Below are positions 8,478-18,271 of a DNA stretch of 64,000 nt, one piece after another. This DNA comes from Roseobacter sp. (lineage in GTDB: Bacteria > Pseudomonadota > Alphaproteobacteria > Rhodobacterales > Rhodobacteraceae). The translations under genes and the position numbers were made by a program. The stretch is taken from assembly GCA_002731875.1 (NCBI GenBank), contig PCCY01000007.1, positions 22,637-86,636 on the forward strand, written 5' to 3'. Position 1 is the stretch's first letter. Every line of letters begins with the position of its first letter. The notes beneath the pieces are model-generated. The model searched no databases. It worked only from the letters and a program-made list of their open reading frames with translations, and was not told where the DNA came from.

Positions 8478-9554
8478 ATGACCAATAATTTCAACTCGGC
8501 CATGCGCCGGGCCAGTGAACTTGTACGTGCAGGCAACCCCACTGCTGCGACTGAAGCGATCCAGGCTGCATTGGGTGCGGGCGGGGCGGGGCGCTTGTCT
8601 AGGCACGGTAAAATACCCTTTGGTAGAGCCAAGATAGGCCGACGCCTGCGCGCAACGCTCGCTGGACTTGCACAATCGGCCATGTCGGGGGGCGACGGGC
8701 CTGAACCATCTCTGCCGGACGGTGCCCGGTTCGACAGCGGAACGTTTTCCTGTGCCGCCGGCAGTCGGGACTATCGCCTGTATATCCCGGACCTGAAAGG
8801 GGCGCCCGCCGCCGGGCTGGTGATGCTGCTGCACGGCTGCAAACAATCGCCCGTCGACTTTGCCAAGGGTACAGGTATGAACCAGCTTGCCGATGAGCAC
8901 GGGTTGATCCTAGTCTATCCGGCGCAGTCACGCGGTGCAAATATGCAGTCATGCTGGAACTGGTTCAGACCCACTGACCAGAAGCGCGACGGTGGCGAGC
9001 CAGCTATTTTGGCCGGTCTCATGCAGCAGTTGCAACGCGATCACAACATACCCAAAGGTCGAAGTTTTGTTGCCGGTTTGTCTGCTGGTGCTGCCATGGC
9101 TGTCGTGTTGGGACAGACCTATGCAGATGTTTTTGACGCGGTCGGCGCTCATTCCGGTCTGCCCTTTAAAGCTGCCCAAGATGTGCCATCGGCCTTTGCG
9201 GCGATGGGGCAGGGTGCGACCGGCACTGATACGGGTGAAACCATTCCTACGATTATTTTTCAGGGCAATGCAGACAGCACGGTAAACGCTGCCAATGCTC
9301 AAGCCATCGCGGCCACCTCCGCCCCCTCGGGCACCGAGCTTCTGGACGATGGCGCGGTGGCGGGGCGCAGCTATAATCGTCGTACAGTACTGGCACCAGC
9401 GGGCCATTCTGTGATGGAGGAATGGATGATCGAGGGTCTCGGCCATGCGTGGTCGGGGGGTGATCAGGCGGGTTCGTATACTGATCCAGCAGGCCCCAAC
9501 GCCAGCCGTGAAATGCTGCGTTTCTTCCTGCATCTGCCTGTGAAAGGCGCATGA
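8478..9554 (+). CDS. PHB-depolymerase-family esterase (alpha/beta hydrolase)
   Basis: LLHGCKQS oxyanion-type region and GLSAGAAMA (GxSxG) nucleophile elbow. Good RBS (AAGGAAG). Confidence 0.75.
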   Translation: MTNNFNSAMRRASELVRAGNPTAATEAIQAALGAGGAGRLSRHGKIPFGRAKIGRRLRATLAGLAQSAMSGGDGPEPSLPDGARFDSGTFSCAAGSRDYRLYIPDLKGAPAAGLVMLLHGCKQSPVDFAKGTGMNQLADEHGLILVYPAQSRGANMQSCWNWFRPTDQKRDGGEPAILAGLMQQLQRDHNIPKGRSFVAGLSAGAAMAVVLGQTYADVFDAVGAHSGLPFKAAQDVPSAFAAMGQGATGTDTGETIPTIIFQGNADSTVNAANAQAIAATSAPSGTELLDDGAVAGRSYNRRTVLAPAGHSVMEEWMIEGLGHAWSGGDQAGSYTDPAGPNASREMLRFFLHLPVKGA

Positions 9555-9555
9555 T

Positions 9556-10653
9556 ATGACACATTCCCTTACCTTTGACGCGATCAGCGAAGCCGCGCCA
9601 GGCCCGAAATGGGCGGCCCGCTGGGGCCGCTCATGGCCCGCCTACAAGGCATGGTTCATTGCACGCGGCGGCGACAACGGCCCGGACCGTCATGCGTGTG
9701 AAGCGGCCCTAAAGCAATACATGCCCGAGTTAGTGCCTGTCCACGCCAAGCTCACGGCGCTTGCGGGCGGGTCGGACCGTGCATCGCGCTTCCTGTCGAC
9801 GTGGTGCCCACCAAGCTATCTGGGCGGTTGTTCATTGGCCGTGGCAACATCGCGCGACGACATTCGCCTTGTGCGCAACTATGACCTGTCACCCGACCTG
9901 AACGAAGGCCTGTTGTTGCACAGCGCCTGGACCGGCCGCCCGGTCATGGGCATGATTGAATTCATCTGGGGACTGTCCGATGGCATCAACGACGCTGGTC
10001 TCAGCGTCGCGCTTGCCTACGGCGGGCGGCAGGAAACCCGCCGTGGCTTTGGTATTACCACGATCCTGCGCTACGTGCTGGAGACCTGTAAAACAGTTTC
10101 TGAAGCCCTGCGGGTTCTGCAACGCGTGCCATCCCATATGCCTTATAACGTGGTTGTGGCTGACGCCTCCGGTGCCGCCGCGAGCGTCGAGGTTTACGCC
10201 GGTGGCGGCGCAAAGGTGCAACCGCGCCTAGTTGCGACGAACCACCAGACCGACGGCAGTATTCCCGATCGAGCCGTGTTTACCCGCACGTACCAAAGGT
10301 CAAAACATCTGGAGAGCGTTTTGATCGAGGGCACCGAACCTGCTGCCTTGGTCGGGCAGTTCACGCAAGCGCCGTTGAAACAGCATCGTTACGCCGAGGG
10401 TTTCGGCACGCTTTTCACTGCTGAATACGAACCCAGATGCCGCAAGATGACGCTGCATTGGGACAACGAGATCTGGGTGCAATCACTGGATGCGTTTGCG
10501 GAAGGCACGCGGGAAGTGCGATATGGTTCCGCCGCCGTCGGATCGGTGCCGCAAGGCGATGGTATTGACTGGGTGCAAATTGGAATGGAATACGCCGCAG
10601 GACAACAGCCCGATTGGCGCAGGTTCTTGCCAAGAGGGATTGACGTCGCTTGA
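9556..10653 (+). CDS. C45-type (acyl-CoA:6-APA acyltransferase-like) Ntn-hydrolase, tentative
   Basis: Overall resemblance, with a candidate nucleophile Cys in YLGGCSLAV. Starts 1 nt after the esterase stop. The family call is weak. Confidence 0.45.
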   Translation: MTHSLTFDAISEAAPGPKWAARWGRSWPAYKAWFIARGGDNGPDRHACEAALKQYMPELVPVHAKLTALAGGSDRASRFLSTWCPPSYLGGCSLAVATSRDDIRLVRNYDLSPDLNEGLLLHSAWTGRPVMGMIEFIWGLSDGINDAGLSVALAYGGRQETRRGFGITTILRYVLETCKTVSEALRVLQRVPSHMPYNVVVADASGAAASVEVYAGGGAKVQPRLVATNHQTDGSIPDRAVFTRTYQRSKHLESVLIEGTEPAALVGQFTQAPLKQHRYAEGFGTLFTAEYEPRCRKMTLHWDNEIWVQSLDAFAEGTREVRYGSAAVGSVPQGDGIDWVQIGMEYAAGQQPDWRRFLPRGIDVA

Positions 10654-10715
10654 GCCATGGCGGTTTGCAACGGAGAGCCCTGGCCAGATATCACCATCAG
10701 ACCAGGGTATGAGCG

Positions 10716-10990
10716 TTACCTAAGACGCAACGCAATCGTAATTCGGACGGATTGGTACCGTGTCCGCTTTCCAGTCTTGAAAAATACGGGTTCCTCATGT
10801 GCGCCATTCTCAAGCATCCCTGCGGCCATCGAAAAATTAGGGTTCTGCAACAATATCTTATGACGGCGCTGTATCCGGGTGACATCATAATATTCTGTCA
10901 TGCCGTCAAATCCGCGAACGCTGAAATCTTCGGCCCGTAAAAGAAGGCCGAGAGGGAAACCGGCGGTGCCGGTGATAAAGACTTCGCCTG
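10716..10990 (-). pseudogene. N-terminal remnant of a UDP-glucuronate-4-epimerase-like gene (paralogue of 23712..24725)
   Basis: The minus strand reads EVFITGTAGF..LLLRAEDFSVRGFDGMTEYYDVTRIQRRHKILLQNPNFSMAAGMLE. This parallels [56 protein letters not shown] of the intact gene. No in-frame start; homology continues only after a frameshift (QDWKADTV vs QDFKPDVI); then it stops. Confidence 0.6.
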
Positions 10991-11203
10991 CAGCGGTAGG
11001 ATCATGATCATCGTCCGCTTTCGCGTCGGTATCTGAGTTGATTTGTCATTGAAAGCGAGGCGCGTTAGGTAAAAATTGATAACCATTATCGCATCGTACG
11101 ATTGGCAGTGGCTTTCAAAGGAAACAGTACCGCTTGCTAAATTGATCAAAGTTACGAAAGCTGAACCCGAGAAATCATATAATCCCAGGTATAAGGCCAC
11201 GTT

Positions 11204-11776
11204 TTGCCCCTAAAAATAGAACAAACCCCGCTCTCTGGCGTCGTCGTTATCACCCCGGCGCGGTTCGGTGATCATCGGGGGTTTTTCTCGGAAAGTTACA
11301 GTGCCAAGGCGCTTGCCGACCATGGGATTTCAATCCCTTTTGTGCAGGACAATCATTCCCTGTCGATGACCCTGGGTACAATTCGCGGGTTGCATTTTCA
11401 GGCACCGCCCCATGCGCAGGACAAGCTGGTGCGTTGCGGGCGGGGGGCTTTGTTCGACGTGGCAGTGGACATTCGCAAGGGCTCGCCGACCTATGGGCAA
11501 TGGTTCGGGGTTGAGCTGAGTTTTGAGAATGGCAAGCAGTTGTTGGTCCCTGCGGGGTTTGCGCATGGCTTCGTGACGCGCGCACCCGAGACCGAGATTA
11601 TCTATAAATGCTCTGAATATTACGCGCAGCACACCGAAGGTGCTATCGCGTGGGATGATCCAGATATCGGCATTGACTGGGGTCTCGGGGGGGTGTCTCC
11701 GGTGTTGTCCGAAAAGGACGCAAATGCGCCTTGTTTGGCTGATATTGACAGCCCGTTCACGTTTGAAGGTACCTAG
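11204..11776 (+). CDS. rfbC: dTDP-4-dehydrorhamnose 3,5-epimerase
   Basis: IRGLHFQAPPHAQDKLVRC, VPAGFAHGF, YKCSEYY. TTG start. First gene of the rfbCBDA run. Confidence 0.9.
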   Translation: MPLKIEQTPLSGVVVITPARFGDHRGFFSESYSAKALADHGISIPFVQDNHSLSMTLGTIRGLHFQAPPHAQDKLVRCGRGALFDVAVDIRKGSPTYGQWFGVELSFENGKQLLVPAGFAHGFVTRAPETEIIYKCSEYYAQHTEGAIAWDDPDIGIDWGLGGVSPVLSEKDANAPCLADIDSPFTFEGT

Positions 11777-12814
11777 ATGAAGCTATTGATAACGGGCGGC
11801 GCGGGGTTTATTGGCTCTGCCGTGGTACGGCTGGCGGTGGCGCAGGGCCACAGTGTGGTCAATCTTGATGCGCTGACCTATGCGGCCTGTCTCGAGAATG
11901 TAGCCAGCGTCGCGGACAGCCCGCTATATACGTTCGAACAGGCAAATATCTGCGACCGCGTGGCGCTTGACCGGATTTTTGCGGATCACCGGCCCGATGC
12001 GGTGATGCATTTGGCAGCGGAAAGCCATGTGGACCGATCCATTGACGGGCCCGGTGCGTTTATCCAGACCAATATCACCGGCACCTACACGCTGCTAGAG
12101 GCCGCGCGGGCCTATTGGCAAGGGGCTGGGAAACCGGCTGGCTTTCGGTTTCACCATATCTCGACCGATGAGGTGTTCGGCTCGCTTGGCCCCGCCGGGC
12201 AGTTCACCGAAGATACGCCGTATGCTCCGCGCAGTCCCTATTCCGCCTCAAAAGCAGGGAGCGATCATCTGGTGCGCGCCTGGGGCGAAACCTACGGGTT
12301 GCCGATTGTCATGACGAATTGTTCAAATAACTACGGGCCGTTTCACTTCCCCGAAAAGCTGGTGCCTGTGGTGATCCTCAAGGCGCTCGCTGGCCAGCCG
12401 ATCCCTGTCTACGGCAACGGCGCTCACGTGCGTGATTGGCTGTTTGTCGAAGATCACGCCGATGCCCTGCTGACCGTGCTGACCAAGGGTGAACTGGGTC
12501 GGAGCTATAACATTGGCGGAGAGAATGAGGTCAGTAATCTGGAACTGGTCAAGATGATATGCGCCCTGCTGGATGAACGAATTCCCAGTGGCGCGCCCCA
12601 TGCCGATCTGATTACCTTTGTTAGCGATCGCCCCGGCCATGACCAGCGCTATGCGATCGACCCGACGCGCATTCGCGCTGAATTGGGCTGGAAACCTTCG
12701 GTCACCGTGGAAGAAGGGCTGGCCCACACCGTCGATTGGTATCTTGAAAATGAAGATTGGTGGACAGCGTTGCAAAACCGTCAGGGTGTCGGCGACAGGT
12801 TGGGCAGGGCATGA
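11777..12814 (+). CDS. rfbB: dTDP-glucose 4,6-dehydratase
   Basis: [31 protein letters not shown] (YxxxK), SNNYGP. Confidence 0.95.
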   Translation: MKLLITGGAGFIGSAVVRLAVAQGHSVVNLDALTYAACLENVASVADSPLYTFEQANICDRVALDRIFADHRPDAVMHLAAESHVDRSIDGPGAFIQTNITGTYTLLEAARAYWQGAGKPAGFRFHHISTDEVFGSLGPAGQFTEDTPYAPRSPYSASKAGSDHLVRAWGETYGLPIVMTNCSNNYGPFHFPEKLVPVVILKALAGQPIPVYGNGAHVRDWLFVEDHADALLTVLTKGELGRSYNIGGENEVSNLELVKMICALLDERIPSGAPHADLITFVSDRPGHDQRYAIDPTRIRAELGWKPSVTVEEGLAHTVDWYLENEDWWTALQNRQGVGDRLGRA

Positions 12815-13677
12815 ATATTCTCGTTTTCGGACATAGCGGCCAGGTTGCCGCAGAACTACGGTCACTGGATAGCGCGGATACCCATATCGTTGCTCTGGCC
12901 CGTGCTGATGTTGACCTGACTGACCCCACCGCCTGTGGCGCAGCGATTGCCATGCATGCGCCCGATGCGGTGATCAATGCCGCCGCTTACACGGCAGTCG
13001 ACAAGGCTGAAGATGACGCTGAAACCGCTGATCTGATCAATGCCCAGGCCCCGGCCGCTATGGCCCGTGCCTGTGCCACACGCGATATCCCCTTCGTCTC
13101 TATATCGACAGATTATGTTTTTTCAGGCGCAGGTATCGCACCTTGGCACCCCGGTGACCCCCCCGACCCGCAGGGGGTTTATGGGCGCACCAAACGAGAC
13201 GGCGAGATTGCTATCGAAGCAGCGGGGGGGCGTTATGCAATATTGCGTACTTCTTGGGTGGTGTCGGCCCATGGCAATAACTTTGTCAAAACCATGCTCC
13301 GCCTGGGTGCGGAGCGCAAGGCGCTCACCATTGTCGCCGACCAGATCGGGGGCCCTACGGGTGCCGCCGAGATCGCACAGGCCTGTATCGTAATCGCCCA
13401 AACCCTTGTATCAAAGCCTGAAAAATCTGGAATCTATCATTTATCCGGCACGCCCGATGTCAGCTGGGCCGATTTCGCCCGAGCGATTTTTGATCAAGCG
13501 GGGATCACCTGTGCCGTCACCGATATCCCTTCTGGCGATTACTCTACACCCGCCAAACGCCCGCTGAATTCGCGGATGGAGTGCGGCGCGACGCAGGCCA
13601 GTTTTGGCATTGCCCGCCCCGATTGGCACGCCAGCCTGACTCAGATTTTGACCCAACTTGATTTGACCAAGGACTGA
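12811..13677 (+). CDS. rfbD: dTDP-4-dehydrorhamnose reductase
   Basis: ATG at 12811 overlaps the rfbB stop (ATGA). [30 protein letters not shown] (YxxxK). Confidence 0.9.
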   Translation: MNILVFGHSGQVAAELRSLDSADTHIVALARADVDLTDPTACGAAIAMHAPDAVINAAAYTAVDKAEDDAETADLINAQAPAAMARACATRDIPFVSISTDYVFSGAGIAPWHPGDPPDPQGVYGRTKRDGEIAIEAAGGRYAILRTSWVVSAHGNNFVKTMLRLGAERKALTIVADQIGGPTGAAEIAQACIVIAQTLVSKPEKSGIYHLSGTPDVSWADFARAIFDQAGITCAVTDIPSGDYSTPAKRPLNSRMECGATQASFGIARPDWHASLTQILTQLDLTKD

Positions 13678-13683
13678 TTTTCC

Positions 13684-14565
13684 ATGACCCAGACGCCCAA
13701 ACGCAAAGGCATTATCCTCGCCGGTGGGTCCGGCACGCGGCTTTATCCGATCACGATTTCCGTGTCCAAACAGCTATTGCCGATCTACGATAAACCGATG
13801 ATTTACTACCCGCTGTCGGTACTGATGCTGGGTGGTATCCGCGAAATCGCAATCATCACCACCCCGCAAGATGCCGACCAGTTCAAGCGCGCTCTGGGTG
13901 ACGGCAGCCAGTGGGGGGTGACGCTCAGCTACGTCACGCAACCCAGCCCCGATGGGCTCGCGCAAGCTTATTTGCTGGCCGAAGATTTTCTTGACGGCGC
14001 GTCCTCGGCGATGGTCCTGGGGGACAATATTTTCTTTGGCCACGGTCTTCCTGAAATCCTTGCTGCTGCGGATGCGCAAACCCAAGGCGGCACCGTCTTT
14101 GGCTACCGGGTCTCCGATCCCAAACGCTATGGGGTGGTGGATTTTGACAGAGATGGCCAAGCGCGCCAGATCATCGAAAAGCCCGAAGTGCCTCCCTCGA
14201 ACTATGCCGTTACCGGGCTTTATTTCTTGGACAACACTGCATCTGAACGGGCCAAAACCGTCAAACCCTCAGCCCGGAAAGAGTTGGAGATCACCACTTT
14301 GCTCGAAACCTACCTGCATGACGGTCTTCTCAATGTCCAACGCATGGGACGTGGTTATGCTTGGCTGGATACCGGCACCCACGGTAGTCTGCTGGATGCG
14401 GGGAACTTTGTGCGGACACTAGAGACTAGGCAGGGGCTGCAAACAGGGAGCCCTGACGAGATTGCGTTCAATCAGGGCTGGATCAGTGCTGCATCGCTCG
14501 AGGAACGGGCAAAATTATTCGCCAAGAACGATTACGGGATGTATTTGGAGGGTTTGTTAAAATAG
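13684..14565 (+). CDS. rfbA: glucose-1-phosphate thymidylyltransferase
   Basis: [41 protein letters not shown]. Confidence 0.95.
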   Translation: MTQTPKRKGIILAGGSGTRLYPITISVSKQLLPIYDKPMIYYPLSVLMLGGIREIAIITTPQDADQFKRALGDGSQWGVTLSYVTQPSPDGLAQAYLLAEDFLDGASSAMVLGDNIFFGHGLPEILAAADAQTQGGTVFGYRVSDPKRYGVVDFDRDGQARQIIEKPEVPPSNYAVTGLYFLDNTASERAKTVKPSARKELEITTLLETYLHDGLLNVQRMGRGYAWLDTGTHGSLLDAGNFVRTLETRQGLQTGSPDEIAFNQGWISAASLEERAKLFAKNDYGMYLEGLLK

Positions 14566-14569
14566 TAAT

Positions 14570-15050
14570 AAGCTTTGGTTCGATGAAGCATTCCGCAGAT
14601 AAGCCAGCGCCATATTGCCGGACTTTCAAATTCTTGGGCCGCTACCTCCCAAGCAAAATCTTCGCCGCAGGGACTGCCGCCTTTCTCGGTTTCGACCTTG
14701 GCGTTTTTGTGGGCTTGGATGCCCCTCTCGCGGGATGATGTTGCGCACGCCGATGCCGGGTGATGGGTAAACCTAGATCTTATTGCTTCCGGCCCGCGCG
14801 GAACCGAGTGACCTGCTTATAAGAATTTCCCACTTCGCCTCTAGAATGCATACCTCGCGTTGAAGGCGATCATTCTCGTGGGTTAGGCTTAGCTCCTCTT
14901 TGAATACCACATCGGTGCCTCGGTGCGCCGTGATCTATTTGTCCACCAGTATCAAACCGCGACAGGTCCAGATTGCTTGGCGAATGGCGACGTCGATTTT
15001 ACTGCTGGCCTTAGTTTTTTCACAAATGGCTCATGTTTATGGCGCCATGA
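14570..15050 (-). mobile_element. decayed IS3-family (IS407-like) transposase orfA/orfB-start remnant
   Basis: The minus strand reads ...HRGTDVVFKEELSLTHENDRLQREVCILEA..., like the GGM(E/D)V..K.L..LE.EN.RL leucine-zipper tail of IS3 OrfA. Several stops and frame changes; abuts the rfbA stop. Confidence 0.4.
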
Positions 15051-16411
15051 CAAAGTAAACTAGGCCGAGCAAAACAGGTTTTAGGGATAGATACAGCAAG
15101 TCTCACACTCGCCAGTTAGGATGGTTACCTATGATAAAAACTCATACAAAGTTGATCCCAATTTTCCCACTTAGTCTTGAACAAGTTCGCCAGCTGTTAA
15201 CAGGCCGCGACCAGAGTAAACTTATGCAGAAGAAACCCTGATAGTGCAGTGCGATCTTTGAGAAACTTGGCCCCGAGCGGGGGCCCTTCTGCGCACGGTA
15301 TAAAATTCAGCGTTGTCGTTGCAAGATGAAGGGCACCGGTCCGGCCGATTACGGATGGTTCCGGCGGTGTCACGACCCGCAGTAATAAACGAGGTTTATG
15401 GGCTGATCCATACTTGCGGATGGTGACCCGGCTTGTGTGGGGATCCCGGTTATGGCACCGACAGGTTCGCATGTCCCCGGCCACTCTGGTGCCCCCGGGA
15501 AAATCGACGACAGCAAAGCAATAGATCCGCGAGACCGAAGCGATCAAGACCGTAAATGTTTGCGCTGCGGCAATTGTTATCAATTCAGCGGGGCACGTGG
15601 CGGCAATAAATCCCTATGCGACAGGTTCGTCGGTTCGAGGGTTTATACCTTCGTGTATGAGCGGCTCGAACTGGCTGCTTGGATCGAAGCGCATGGCGTA
15701 ACCAGGCCCGTCAATTTGCATTACGCCAAGGTTGTGCCGGATTGGAAGATAGACGACAGTGATCGTTTGTGGTGAGGCCAGACCTATTCCGGTTTCTCGG
15801 GTTGGATCTGACAAGCACCCATGGGATGGAGCCGTCACATCGCTCTAGCCGGTGCGCGATTGTGACACTGTTCAGTGCGCAAAGGCCTAAAGGCCTAAAG
15901 GCAATGCCAACTCGTGGCCCTGTCCGGCACCGGGTAACTAGACAGTGGGGGAGAAGATGCTGTCATCTCTGGCAGTGAGAACATCCATCAACGCAGCAAT
16001 TACTTTTGCAATTGGCCATTGTCAGGATAGGGCGAGGTGACAAGGCGTTAGGCTGATCCTACCGGCGATGGATAGCGCCGCGGATAAGCCAAAGCAGTCA
16101 CAGCCACCGCACGCAAAATCGCGGTCTTGTCCTACAATAGCCTGCGCTGTGGCGCGACCTGTCACGACCCGGGTGCCTCTCATTTTGCGGGGTGATGCCG
16201 CAAACACATGTTCGGCAATCTCAAGCGCCGGGGCCAGTCGTTCGGCCATGATATGCGAGCATTGAGTTGTGATCCGGACATAGCTGCTTCTTTGGAAGGC
16301 ATACGTGTTCGACGTATGCCTTTCTTGAATTGCAGATGATTTCGACACTGTCTTGACCGGGTGCTAAGGAGCGCGGGAAACGTGCGCCTAGATGATCGCC
16401 ACTTTCAATCT

Positions 16412-17752
16412 TTACAGGATCTCTCTGGCGGCGCGTTCTCCGGATTGGATGGCTCCCTCGATGTATCCGGTCCATTGGGGTGATGTTTCGGTGCCGGCCC
16501 AGTGCAGCGGTCCGATGGTTGCCCGCAGGGTCTGGCCGTAGGGCGTAAACACGCCCGGTGGCGCATATGCTCCGTAGCAACCGCCCGACCATACCTCGTC
16601 GGTCCAATCATGATCAACATAATCCAGAGGCTCTGACGCTTCCGGGCCGAAATGCTCTACGAGCATCTCAAGCACAATTGCGCGCCGCCCCTCAACGGAC
16701 AAGTCCGCGTTGTTTATCGCGCGATTGGCATCAAAGAAACCGACCAGCAGGCCATTCTTTTGGTCCGGTGGCGAAACATCCATCACTGGGGTTATTGCCG
16801 TGTCATCACGCAGTATAGTCCCGTTCAACCCCATTTCACGCCAGAACGGGGTTTTGTAAAGCACCCAGAATTTGATCGAAGAACCCATGAAAAGATGTTC
16901 GTGAACCGCGACTTTCGGCTGCGGCAATGTAGGCAAGAAGGTAATACGGTGCATGAGCGTCGGGGAAATGGCAATGATCGCCGAGCGAGCGGAGAACGTA
17001 CCTACCTCGCTGTGCACTGTTACCCCGCGGTCGTGCCATTCGATCACCATGACAGGTGCGTTAAGGTGCAACCGGTCGCCGATTTCATCAGCCATGAAAC
17101 GGCTAATCTGGTGGACGCCGCCGTGGAACATGAGGTTCTGGGCACCGCCAGCATCTGCTGAAATGAGAACATCGAGACCGCCGCCCGATTTGACGTAATG
17201 CAGAAAGAACAGCAGCGACACCTGCGACGGCTCAGCGCAAAGAAGTGAATTGCAGATGGTTCGGAAGGCGGCCCGTGCCAGCGGATGATACACATTCCGC
17301 GCGATCCAGGTTTCCACAGTCGTTGCGTCTAGTTCCTTGGCCTGGGGATGCGCCCATGGTTGATTGGTATCAAGACGTGCCATGGGACGTTCGAGTTTCC
17401 ACTTGGCAAATAGATAAGCCAATCCGCCCGCGATGCCCAACAGCCGGCTGGGATCCTCGCGTGGACCTTGCCTTTCACGGGTTCCGATCCGAAAGATCGC
17501 ATTGCCGTCCAGATAGGTCGGATAAGCTTGGACGTTATAATGCGCGGCCAAACTTTTAAGCCGTGTTTGGGTCGGTGCCATCCACATACCGCCCAAATCA
17601 ACGGGAATGTCACCAATTTTCCCGGCTTTGGTACGCCCGCCTACGCGATCTCGGGCCTCGAGAACTACGAAATTTCCGCGGCCTTCGTTCATCAGGGTTC
17701 TCGCTGCCGATAGGCCGGCAAATCCCGCACCAATTATCACTGTATCCAGCAC
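16412..17752 (-). CDS. flavin-containing amine oxidase (monoamine-oxidase family)
   Basis: GTG start. VIIGAGFAGLSAARTL + VLEARDRVGGRT N-terminus and HWAGTETS..WTGYIEGAIQSGERAA C-terminus are typical of FAD amine oxidases. Confidence 0.8.
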   Translation of the reverse strand: MLDTVIIGAGFAGLSAARTLMNEGRGNFVVLEARDRVGGRTKAGKIGDIPVDLGGMWMAPTQTRLKSLAAHYNVQAYPTYLDGNAIFRIGTRERQGPREDPSRLLGIAGGLAYLFAKWKLERPMARLDTNQPWAHPQAKELDATTVETWIARNVYHPLARAAFRTICNSLLCAEPSQVSLLFFLHYVKSGGGLDVLISADAGGAQNLMFHGGVHQISRFMADEIGDRLHLNAPVMVIEWHDRGVTVHSEVGTFSARSAIIAISPTLMHRITFLPTLPQPKVAVHEHLFMGSSIKFWVLYKTPFWREMGLNGTILRDDTAITPVMDVSPPDQKNGLLVGFFDANRAINNADLSVEGRRAIVLEMLVEHFGPEASEPLDYVDHDWTDEVWSGGCYGAYAPPGVFTPYGQTLRATIGPLHWAGTETSPQWTGYIEGAIQSGERAAREIL

Positions 17753-17934
17753 GCATGTATCTCCTGTATCACTGCACCTCAGAAGGGAAATCTATGGAGC
17801 CGAACGCTTTTAAAGTGAAGGTCAAAAGAGCGCTTGAACTGGTGTTGTCACTTTAATGGCCCACTCTTGCTGGGTTATTAATCGAGGTCATAGACGAGGT
17901 CGCGTAAATCGCGGTGCGGTCAGGTATGCTCTGG

Positions 17935-18270
17935 CGCGCAGCCGACCAACTTGGCCATACCCTCGGTGAAATCCTTTAGTCCGACTAAGATATCCGGACG
18001 CTTGTGATTGTACGGCGATAATGTGGGAAGCTCACTTGGTGCCTACAACTTTGAGTTCGCTTGTGAAGCTGAATGAGACAAGCCGTCACAGCGGCTTTAA
18101 GCATGGAGCTCCTACTCCCATGCTCTCTCGATGTTATTCGGGCAGATAAGGTTGCTCGGACAGCGCCAATCGTTTTTTGTGTCCGGTCGTCTATGCGTGT
18201 CAAAAGTCTTTGCGCCAATTCCCCGGGTACGAGCACACAGGAGCTGATATGCCTGACAGGCTGGCAAACA
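17935..18270 (-). mobile_element. possible 3' remnant of an rve-type (IS3/IS481-like) transposase
   Basis: The minus-strand frame gives SPYNHKRPDILVGLKDFTEG, reminiscent of the YNxxRPHxxLGxxTPxEF tail of DDE integrase-type transposases. Interrupted frames. Confidence 0.3.
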
Positions 18271-18271
18271 C

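Noticed and set aside
15881-15902. Short tandem repeat AAAGGCCT x2.5.
   Set aside because: Too short to be a CRISPR, REP or regulatory array. Noted only as part of the debris region.
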